A stretch of 64,000 bases of DNA from positions 5,159-69,158 of the forward strand of contig CAMJNS010000001.1 in NCBI GenBank assembly GCA_946407375.1. The letters run 5' to 3'. This document shows positions 1-8,092 of the stretch, in pieces (the first letter of the stretch is position 1; each line of letters opens with the position of its first letter). The position numbers and the translations under genes are program-made. The DNA comes from an uncultured bacterium (lineage in GTDB: Bacteria; Muiribacteriota; Ozemobacteria; Ozemobacterales; Ozemobacteraceae). The notes under the pieces were generated by a model. That model saw only the letters and a list, made by a program, of their open reading frames with translations, was not told the DNA's origin and did no database searches.

Positions 1-999
1 AGTACCAAGCATTTCTGTAGGTGCGCCAATCTTAAAAGGCATTTGAACACTACCAAAAGAGTGATGTATATAAGCACCCGTAAGCAAAAAGGATACTGCT
101 CCCTTTTTAAGAAAAGAATGAGATAAACCTAGTATTCTATTACCATCTCTGTGGGTTAAAGTACCTATAGTTGTAACATTAATATCGCCTCTGGCAAGCT
201 GTATACCTATCGACGAACCTGGTTCATAATAATCAGGTGAAATAATAGCAAAATAACCATTCAAATCATTCTGAGAATCATTGCTTTGAGAATCTGTTAC
301 AATTACATTCTTACGATTTAATCTAGCTTTTATACTTTCTGAAATTCTGCTCTTATTAACATCATCAATTTTTATTTCTGTAGCTGCCTGTGAAAATACC
401 ATTTCATTAGAATTAGGCACTACGGAAGAAGCCAATGAATAAGGTGCTTCTATTATTGTATCTATTGTTTTTAAACCTATTCTGACAGGTTCTTTAAGAT
501 AATGCTTTTGTAAACAACCTGTTTTTAAACCTGTTTTTGCCTTATTGCTCAAGCTCGGATAATTCCAGATTTCAATCATTTCTTCAATTGGTGTAACCAA
601 ACCAACAGTATGGTCTGTCATAAGCCAACCAGAACTAATTCCGCCAACAAGCTTATTATCAATATAAACAGGACTCCCACTCATACCTGCAGCAATACCA
701 CCAGCACGCTTAATAACATCACCACTAACCTTAACAAGTATGGATTTACCATCTATTAAAGTATTTTCATTAATTTTGTTATTAGAGCAAATGCCTAAAA
801 CTTCAACATCAAATTTTTCTATTTTTCTTCCTGAAATAACGGTTTTGCCATAACCCTTCATTCCAATTTGAAGTTCTTTTAAAGGAAAAAGAGCTACTTC
901 TGCAGAATTTGCAGGAATAGCACTCCATATTATTAATATGGCACAGAAAATACCGATAAGCCTAACGGCTATTTTATCTTTTTGTAACAAGAATTCCAT
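1..999 (-). CDS. Partial (window-truncated) exported serine peptidase: signal peptide, PDZ-like segment and S55/SpoIVB-like protease domain. Not in the ORF track because it runs off the window.
   Basis: Manual reverse-strand translation is open from position 1 to the ATG at 999-997. N-terminus is MEFLLQKDKIAVRLIGIFCAILIIWSAIPANSA (signal peptide). A PDZ-like stretch is followed by ...GGIAAGMSGSPVYIDNKLVGGISSGW..., resembling the SpoIVB catalytic Ser motif. The start overlaps the stop of the upstream gene (974) by 26 nt. Confidence 0.5.
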   Translation of the reverse strand, partial: MEFLLQKDKIAVRLIGIFCAILIIWSAIPANSAEVALFPLKELQIGMKGYGKTVISGRKIEKFDVEVLGICSNNKINENTLIDGKSILVKVSGDVIKRAGGIAAGMSGSPVYIDNKLVGGISSGWLMTDHTVGLVTPIEEMIEIWNYPSLSNKAKTGLKTGCLQKHYLKEPVRIGLKTIDTIIEAPYSLASSVVPNSNEMVFSQAATEIKIDDVNKSRISESIKARLNRKNVIVTDSQSNDSQNDLNGYFAIISPDYYEPGSSIGIQLARGDINVTTIGTLTHRDGNRILGLSHSFLKKGAVSFLLTGAYIHHSFGSVQMPFKIGAPTEMLGT

Positions 1000-2608
1000 T
1001 AGAAATTCTTCGCTCCGATCCATCTGAAGGTCTGTTAATTATTTTACCATTTAGATACATCGCTGTCGAACCACCGCCATCAAGATTGATTGCGTGCATA
1101 CAACCAAGTCTTTGTAGATATTCCGCCAACTCTATAAGCTTCATACCAACACTGTCTTTTTTTCTACCATCAACTACAATTAAAAGCAAGTCACCATCAA
1201 AAGTCATAGCAACAGCCGTTCTCGGATGTCTTCCATTGATAATTGAATTATCAAATTTTTCTTCTACGCCATTAATGCTTACTTTTCCATTTGCCAAAAG
1301 TCTAGGTCCGCCACAAAGAGCATGTTTTATGCTATTCCATGGTTTATCAATCGAATAATCAAGTTCAACAGACTGACCCAAATTCAAAGAACTAAGTAAA
1401 GAAGCCTTAACTCCGCCAGCAGAAACAACAACACCATCTGGTGGAATCAACGCATCTTTTGTATGAATACCTACAATTTTGCCTTTTACTATAACAAATT
1501 CTTTGCCAATTTCGCTAGTCAATGTACTTCTTGCGTATTCTGGAGTAAATACTACTAAAGAACTGCCTCGGCGAGGTTGGTTGACAGCATCAATTTTTAC
1601 GGATATTTTACCAGACCTTAAGGTTCCTGAAAAGTCTGGATTTCCAAAAATTAATGTATCATCTTCTGTTATACCAAAAACTGACCTTTTGTACAAAGGG
1701 GAACTTATTAATTTTCTATTAATTATTAAAGTGCCGATTGGATCGCCTCTCCAGGTAAAATAACTTCCATTTATACCTGCTACTGCATTATATCTTTTAG
1801 CCATAGAAGAAAGATTTTCTCTTTGTGCGATACCTTCATTGGCTAAAATTGGCAAAACTTGTATTTTATTAGATAAGGCTTCGATTCTTAAAATATGAAC
1901 ATCAGAAAAACCAGAGCCTGATTTGCCTCTATCATGATAATAAGTTAAGCCTTCTGCTATTTCTTCACCTTTTCTTAAAGAAAAACGACTCTTTCTATTC
2001 TGATATGGAATACAAAGTTTAAATATTCCAGCAGTGTCTGAAGCAGTATAAGGATTGCCAATCTTTCCCTTTGAACTAAAAAGAAATTCAGTATAATACT
2101 CCGTTTCATAAACTACTGCTTTTTCAAAATTATCTGTAAGTTTAGTCTTAAGCTTTTTATCTGCAAGTACAACTGGCGGTGTAAGTCTAACCTTAAGCAA
2201 ATCATTTCCCTGATTTTTTTTCATTACCTTAACTTGCTTAGAAAAAGTAAGTTCAGCAACATCAAAACTAGCTTCGTGCCTTATTTTAATATCGGTAATA
2301 GTAATTTTTTCAGAGCTTTCTTTTTTATTTTTACTTTTATCTTTACTCTTATTTTTTACAGAATCCTTTTTTTCAAGAATAGGTTTACTATTTAATTCCT
2401 TCTTATCTGTCTTTTTTAAATCATAAGATACCTGATTAGATGTGTTTTCATCTTCTTCAATTTTTTCAGGAATAGGCATCTGATCTTCTGTCATCTGATC
2501 ATATTCTGTTGTTTCATTGCTATCAGAAGTTTTCATATCATAAAAAACCTCTTCTGAACTACCGCTATAGTCCGGAAGATTTTGATAAGTATTTTCTTCT
2601 GTTTGCAT
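974..2608 (-). CDS. Phosphodiester glycosidase family protein (NAGPA-like / DUF2233) with a long acidic/Lys-rich low-complexity N-terminal region.
   Basis: The C-terminal ~250 aa contain ...AINLDGGGSTAMY... and surrounding conservation typical of the bacterial phosphodiester glycosidase domain. The N-terminal ~130 aa are D/E/K/S-rich and disordered-looking. There is no signal peptide after the annotated ATG, but see the finding on the upstream hydrophobic segment. Confidence 0.6.
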   Translation of the reverse strand: MQTEENTYQNLPDYSGSSEEVFYDMKTSDSNETTEYDQMTEDQMPIPEKIEEDENTSNQVSYDLKKTDKKELNSKPILEKKDSVKNKSKDKSKNKKESSEKITITDIKIRHEASFDVAELTFSKQVKVMKKNQGNDLLKVRLTPPVVLADKKLKTKLTDNFEKAVVYETEYYTEFLFSSKGKIGNPYTASDTAGIFKLCIPYQNRKSRFSLRKGEEIAEGLTYYHDRGKSGSGFSDVHILRIEALSNKIQVLPILANEGIAQRENLSSMAKRYNAVAGINGSYFTWRGDPIGTLIINRKLISSPLYKRSVFGITEDDTLIFGNPDFSGTLRSGKISVKIDAVNQPRRGSSLVVFTPEYARSTLTSEIGKEFVIVKGKIVGIHTKDALIPPDGVVVSAGGVKASLLSSLNLGQSVELDYSIDKPWNSIKHALCGGPRLLANGKVSINGVEEKFDNSIINGRHPRTAVAMTFDGDLLLIVVDGRKKDSVGMKLIELAEYLQRLGCMHAINLDGGGSTAMYLNGKIINRPSDGSERRISNGILVTKR

Positions 2609-2845
2609 ATACGCACCAATTAAGAATAATTGGCCAACAACAAGAAGAGATATTAATATTTTTATGAAACTTTTTATTTGTTTGCCTCTGTTTATGTTTA
2701 TTTAAATCTATCGACATTCTTAATCATAATTTTTATGCCCTAGGTTTTCAATGGCAAAAATGAAAATAAACTTGTTTTTGCATTTATTATTTACAATAAA
2801 GTATAATCTGAAAAATAATAATTATTCGATTAAAAGGGAAAAAAC

Positions 2846-4381
2846 ATGTCTGATACTATCTCTAATGAAAAAGAGAATTATGACATCTGGGAAAAAATAG
2901 AAAAAATAATTAAAAATAAAGAATCGATAATTCTTCTTTTATTAATCTTATTAGCTTTGGTATTTATTCCATTAAAGATACTAAGTTACGGCTGGACCCC
3001 TGAAGATGATGCAAAACGTCACGTAGCATTTGCTATGACAGATTCAAAATGGTCAGATATTTTGATTATAGACGAAAAATATGACACAGACCACAACTCT
3101 GGTTGGCACCAAATATTAAGATTTCTTCGTAAATATTGTGGTTTCGACGAGCAAGATTTAATGTTTTTCTCTGTGGCTGGTTTATTTTTGTTATTAAATA
3201 TATGTGGAATAATATCATCACCTTCTCCAATAAGCTGGTGTATAGCCCTTCTAATAATGCTTAATTTTGATTCTCGCATATATTACAGATTTATTTTGGG
3301 AAGACCTTATATTGCTTCTTGTGCAGCAACTTTAATCGTATTGCGGTTATGGGGTTTTAAAAATCTAAAAAATGAAAATTTCACAATCTTAAATAAAGCT
3401 TGGTTTAAATATCTATTAACAATAATCTCTTTATCTCTCGGAATTTGGATACATGGAAGCTGGTATATATTTTTACTAATTCCGATTTCTTTCTTTATTG
3501 CAGGCGAAATGAAAAATTCCTTAAAACTTACTGCCTGTATTATTTTTTCAACCATTATAGGAGCTCTTTTAACAGGACAATTTACTCATTTTCTTTACTA
3601 TCATTTTACAGCAACATATTCCATTTATTCAGAACCAACCCATAATTGGCTGTTAGTTCCAGAAAACGCTTCAGGTCATCATACTATTATTTGGGCTGTT
3701 GCTGTAGCTTTGATTTTATTGCTAAGCATAAAAAAATGTAATTATAAACTTAGAGACCTAGCATATGACCCTGTTTTTTTAATGGTTCTATTATGTTGGA
3801 TGGGAAGCATTTGGGTTATTAGATTTTGGCTAGATTGGGGAAGAATTGCTTTAACATTATGGCTAGCATATAGAGTTAAAGATCTTATAGATAAGTCAGA
3901 TTCTTTAAAAATACCAAGAATCAGATACTGTCTTTCTTCTTTTATAATTGTTTGTTTTGTCTTATGTTTTATTGTTGATACAGATGGAAGATTTACCAAA
4001 TCAGCTTTAATTCATCAACCAATTGATTTTTACAACGAATCTACACTAGACAAATTAAAAGGTTGGGAACCACAAGATGGTGGTGTGGTTTATTCCAATA
4101 GCATGTACTGCTTTTATCAACATTTTTATCAATATCCAACAGCTAAATGGAAATACATTTGGGGATTTGAATCAGCAATAATGAAACAGGAAGATAAAGA
4201 AACTTTAAGAAATATAGGTCTAAATAGACTAGACGCAGATTATGCTCCATGGATAAATAAAATGACAGAAAAAGATAGATTAATTCTGCCTTCAAAAATA
4301 AATGGTTATCCACAATTAGAGTGGACAAGAGGCAATCGTAACTGGGTAATCGGCAGACTAAAAAGAAAATCTGAAAACTAA
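2846..4381 (+). CDS. Polytopic integral membrane protein (>=10 predicted TM helices); possibly a GT-C-fold glycosyltransferase or polymerase-like protein.
   Basis: 511 aa with many long hydrophobic segments and an early periplasmic-loop acidic motif (PEDDAKRH). No recognisable soluble catalytic domain. The function call is weak. Confidence 0.55.
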   Translation: MSDTISNEKENYDIWEKIEKIIKNKESIILLLLILLALVFIPLKILSYGWTPEDDAKRHVAFAMTDSKWSDILIIDEKYDTDHNSGWHQILRFLRKYCGFDEQDLMFFSVAGLFLLLNICGIISSPSPISWCIALLIMLNFDSRIYYRFILGRPYIASCAATLIVLRLWGFKNLKNENFTILNKAWFKYLLTIISLSLGIWIHGSWYIFLLIPISFFIAGEMKNSLKLTACIIFSTIIGALLTGQFTHFLYYHFTATYSIYSEPTHNWLLVPENASGHHTIIWAVAVALILLLSIKKCNYKLRDLAYDPVFLMVLLCWMGSIWVIRFWLDWGRIALTLWLAYRVKDLIDKSDSLKIPRIRYCLSSFIIVCFVLCFIVDTDGRFTKSALIHQPIDFYNESTLDKLKGWEPQDGGVVYSNSMYCFYQHFYQYPTAKWKYIWGFESAIMKQEDKETLRNIGLNRLDADYAPWINKMTEKDRLILPSKINGYPQLEWTRGNRNWVIGRLKRKSEN

Positions 4382-4510
4382 AAATATATTCTCTTAAAAT
4401 ACTTATTATTTCTTTACACTCATAAAGGTTGCTAAAAAATCAATAGATTGCTATCATTATAGTATGTACGTCTGTTTATACTTTTATTTAAAGTATATAG
4501 GAGCAAAGTT

Positions 4511-6250
4511 ATGAAATTAAAAAACAACAAAAGACGTGGTTTAGCACTCTTTTTTACAATTTGTACTATTGGCGTTGTATGCCTTATTGTTTTCGCGATG
4601 ATGCACTTTATGAGAGGAGAAGTTCACCTCTCTGAAAACTATGTTGATGGTACTGTAGCCTTGCTTCTTGCAGAATCTGGGGTAGAAGAATCAATTTTTA
4701 CAATAAAAAGCCAGATGACTTCTAGAGATAATGTTATCTATAATTTAATTACAACCCAAGATTCTGGTGATATTGACGTAGATCTTACCAGACTATCAAA
4801 TGGAGAAACCAAAGTCGAACCACTAGTAAAAGGTGGCGAAGTTAAAGCCAAAATTACTTGGCAACTTAATACTGCAACAACTCAAGAGTTAGCAGATAAA
4901 GGTGTTCCTCGAGACCTAGCTCGCGAAGGAACTTTAACTATTAACTCTATGGGAACATATAACAAAACAAAAAAACAAGTAGAAGTAAAAAAGAAAATAA
5001 AAGCCATTTTACTTAAAGGTGGTCTTAATAGTAATTCTATTGGTATGATTGCTCCTGGTCATGGTTTTTACTTAAATAAAGCAACTAGAGACTCTTTCAA
5101 AATTGATACCTTTGACTTTTGGGATCCATGGGAATTCATAGTTAAAGGTGGAAAGACCTATATGAAAGACGGTGTTGTAGTAGATGTTCCAAAATGGCTT
5201 ATGTTAACTACTCCAATGAAAAACGAATTAGAACATCCTTGGCTTGATATGGGTATGGGTTGGACTGGTTGGACTGGTGGAGCAAATTTCACCGAAACAA
5301 ACATAGAATATTCTGATGATCCAGTAACTAGAGAATACTATAAGTGGCAAGGAGTTCTTACTTATCCTTGGTGGGAAAAATCTAGTAGCGAACTTTATAA
5401 CTCAAATACTAAAAAAGTTGAAGAATACCAAGAAAAAGAAGTTAATGCTTATCCTGCATCTGTATATAAGGCGATTGCTAATCGTGTAGTAGACCCAGAA
5501 GAAGATCCAACTTCAGGAAAGTATTTTAAAGACGTAACCTTTGTTGAAGCTTTCGAAAGAAATCAAGTTACCTATAATAAAGTATTACCTCTTTATGGTT
5601 GGGGTGACTGGAGAAATGTTTCCAACAAATATAATAAATATTTTGGAAATCCAAACAAAGCTCACGACACAAGCCACGCTGTAGAAATTAATGGCGTTAC
5701 TTATGTTAAAGGAGATGTTTTCCTTGAAGGTTGGGTAAAAGGTCAAGGTTTGCTTGTTGTCGAAGGCAATGTTTATATAGGTGGCGATGTTCTTACATTA
5801 CAAGATGACCAAGGCAAAGATTCTTGTCTTGGCGTTATAGCTCTTCGTTCAGAAACAGATACTTCTGATGACGAACCTCGAACAGGCAAAATAATATATG
5901 AACCACATCATGACAGTGACTGGTCTCGTTTTGGTCTGACAACTCCATTCAGAAATCTTAGTCCAAGACTTGAAGGAAGCTTCCATGCCCAAGGCGGTAT
6001 GGAATTAAAAACAGATTCATCTATGAAGAAGCTTTGCAACATGGATATAGTTGGAAACCTATCTGTAGACCGTTTCGATAGACGCAAAATGCCTAATGAT
6101 GTAAGAATAACCTATTATGATTGGCAAAGCGTTCTTGAAAAAAGCAGCTATGATTATACCGTAGATAAAACCGTTACCTATTCTACAGTCTATGATTTGG
6201 CTATGACAAAAGACATTCTAAGTTGGAGAGAAGTTCCTGCTTCCCTATAA
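4511..6250 (+). CDS. Large PilX/GspK-like minor pseudopilin-family protein (PilX_N-type N-terminus plus a ~500-aa extension).
   Basis: N-terminus KRRGLALFFTICTIGVVCLIVFAMM...LLLAESGVEE matches the PilX_N/GspK pattern (basic residues, TM helix, then the AEaG(L/V)E motif). The same N-terminal pattern recurs at 52019..54559 and 61564..61971. Confidence 0.55.
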   Translation: MKLKNNKRRGLALFFTICTIGVVCLIVFAMMHFMRGEVHLSENYVDGTVALLLAESGVEESIFTIKSQMTSRDNVIYNLITTQDSGDIDVDLTRLSNGETKVEPLVKGGEVKAKITWQLNTATTQELADKGVPRDLAREGTLTINSMGTYNKTKKQVEVKKKIKAILLKGGLNSNSIGMIAPGHGFYLNKATRDSFKIDTFDFWDPWEFIVKGGKTYMKDGVVVDVPKWLMLTTPMKNELEHPWLDMGMGWTGWTGGANFTETNIEYSDDPVTREYYKWQGVLTYPWWEKSSSELYNSNTKKVEEYQEKEVNAYPASVYKAIANRVVDPEEDPTSGKYFKDVTFVEAFERNQVTYNKVLPLYGWGDWRNVSNKYNKYFGNPNKAHDTSHAVEINGVTYVKGDVFLEGWVKGQGLLVVEGNVYIGGDVLTLQDDQGKDSCLGVIALRSETDTSDDEPRTGKIIYEPHHDSDWSRFGLTTPFRNLSPRLEGSFHAQGGMELKTDSSMKKLCNMDIVGNLSVDRFDRRKMPNDVRITYYDWQSVLEKSSYDYTVDKTVTYSTVYDLAMTKDILSWREVPASL

Positions 6251-6265
6251 AACGAAATAAAAAAA

Positions 6266-7231
6266 ATGATTAGTCCTTTAGATTCTGCAAAGAAAGCATT
6301 AAATTACGAAATAGAAGCATTAAAAGAAGCTGTTAACAACCTAGATGACAATTTTACTAAAGCGGTTAATCTAATTCTTAATAGTTCTGGTCGCTTAATT
6401 GTCAGTGGAATGGGCAAATCTGGACTTATAGGAAATAAAATATCTGCTACTCTTTCTAGTACAGGTACTCCTTCCTTGTTTCTTCATCCGGCTGAAGCTT
6501 TACACGGTGACTTAGGTATGGTCACAGAAGATGATATAGTTTTATTACTATCTAACTCTGGCGAAACAGATGAAATAATAAGAATAGTTCCCTTTATAAG
6601 AAGAATTGGTGCAAAAATTATTGCCATGGTTGGCAATCTAGATTCTTCTTTGGCCAAAAACTCAGATATAGTAATAAATTCATTTGTATCTAGAGAAGCT
6701 TGCCCGTTAAATCTTGCTCCAACAAGTTCTACCACAGTAAGTTTAGCATTAGGAGACGCTCTTGCCTGTGCTCTTATTGAAGCTAGAGGCTTCAAGGAAA
6801 AAGATTTTGCCAGATTTCATCCTTCAGGCAGCCTTGGTAGAAAATTCATAGCTGTTAAAGATTTAATGCATTCTGGAGATTCTATACCTTTGGTTTCTCC
6901 AGATGAAATTTTACGTGAAGCTGTTGTCAAGATGTCTCACGGTGGCTTTGGTGCTCTTGTTATCACAGGAAAAGATAAAAAGCTTCTCGGTGTTTTCACA
7001 GATGGCGATTTACGCCGTTTCTTTGAAAAAAGTAAGGAAGTCGATCTTGATATTCCAATCAGTAATGTAATGACAGCAAATCCCAAGAGAGTTACTGCAA
7101 CTCGTTTAGCTATGGAAGCTCTTAAAATAATGGAAGATAAAGCTATAACCTCGTTACCTGTTGTTGATAATCAAGATGTAGTGGTAGGTTTCTTACATCT
7201 ACATGATATTTTAAAAGCTCGTTTAATATAA
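6266..7231 (+). CDS. kdsD: Arabinose-5-phosphate isomerase (KdsD/KpsF; SIS domain plus tandem CBS domains).
   Basis: GMGKSGLIGNKISATLSSTGTPSLFLHPAEALHGDLGM is the SIS-domain signature of KdsD/KpsF/GutQ. C-terminal CBS pair. Size 321 aa. Confidence 0.85.
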   Translation: MISPLDSAKKALNYEIEALKEAVNNLDDNFTKAVNLILNSSGRLIVSGMGKSGLIGNKISATLSSTGTPSLFLHPAEALHGDLGMVTEDDIVLLLSNSGETDEIIRIVPFIRRIGAKIIAMVGNLDSSLAKNSDIVINSFVSREACPLNLAPTSSTTVSLALGDALACALIEARGFKEKDFARFHPSGSLGRKFIAVKDLMHSGDSIPLVSPDEILREAVVKMSHGGFGALVITGKDKKLLGVFTDGDLRRFFEKSKEVDLDIPISNVMTANPKRVTATRLAMEALKIMEDKAITSLPVVDNQDVVVGFLHLHDILKARLI

Positions 7232-7246
7232 TAAAAAGAGATTTGA

Positions 7247-7310
7247 AAATAAAAAAAGTATTTCATATTCGTTACTTTTTATTTTAACGATTATGAAATA
7301 CTTTTTTGTT
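7247..7310. terminator. Bidirectional rho-independent terminator between the convergent kdsD gene and the lipoprotein gene.
   Basis: Perfect 15-bp inverted repeat aaaaagtatttcata ... tatgaaatacttttt, with A-run and T-run flanks on both strands. Confidence 0.65.
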
Positions 7311-7328
7311 AGCTAATTTAACTTTTAA

Positions 7329-8030
7329 TTAATTATTGAAGGTTAACCCCATAGCAACCAAAGAATTATAAATCTGATTTACTGCGCTATCTGCAGTTCC
7401 ATCTGCCGCTCTAGCAAAAGTTATCTGAGTTCTTGCTCCATCTTCATTACCAATAATAAAATAACACCAAGCAAGCATTGCATGTGCACCAGCATTAGTT
7501 ATTCCTATAGGATGAACAGCATTAAACACAGTTGAGGTTTCTTTTAAACCAAGCGATTCCAACAAAGTTACAGCCTGTTGACAAGCTGGTTTTGTTCCTC
7601 TTTGCATTAAAGCAGCAGCCAAGCCAAGTTTTGCTTCATCATTTAAGCTAGATGCTTGAGTAAAAGCAGAATAAGCAGATTCTGCACCAGAAGACTTAAG
7701 TAATGACCAACCTAAACCATTATATGCACTAGCTTTTTGGGCATCAGATATTTTTGAATTTAATAATGCTTCATTAAATTTACTAATAGCACTACTATAA
7801 GCAGCGTATTTAAAATCTTCCCAAGCACTAGCTATTAGAGAATCTACATCTGTTTCTACTATTCCACCGCCACCACCGCTGGAACCTCCACTGTCACCAG
7901 ATCTTCCACCAGGTCCTACAATATCTGATGGAACAGAATATCTTCCTGTTCCGCTACTCGAACCACAGCCAATGGATAGCGTAAGTGCTACAGCCATAAT
8001 AGCAAAAACTATGATTATATGTTTTTTCAT
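7329..8030 (-). CDS. Lipoprotein (paralog A) with a Gly/Ser-rich linker and a conserved C-terminal helical domain. Partner of the upstream giant adhesin gene.
   Basis: Signal peptide with lipobox (..LSIGC), then a GSSSG...GGSSGGGGG linker. The C-terminal ~170 aa align with 18309..19118 (LGW..., AHAMLAWCYF, ARTQITFARAADGT). Confidence 0.7.
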   Translation of the reverse strand: MKKHIIIVFAIMAVALTLSIGCGSSSGTGRYSVPSDIVGPGGRSGDSGGSSGGGGGIVETDVDSLIASAWEDFKYAAYSSAISKFNEALLNSKISDAQKASAYNGLGWSLLKSSGAESAYSAFTQASSLNDEAKLGLAAALMQRGTKPACQQAVTLLESLGLKETSTVFNAVHPIGITNAGAHAMLAWCYFIIGNEDGARTQITFARAADGTADSAVNQIYNSLVAMGLTFNN

Positions 8031-8092
8031 TGGTCACTCTCCGAATAAAATCCTGCTCATAACAGTTTATTCGGAGAATTCCTCTGAATAAA

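Noticed and set aside
6484-6795. 103-aa minus-strand ORF
   Set aside because: Lies entirely antisense within kdsD.
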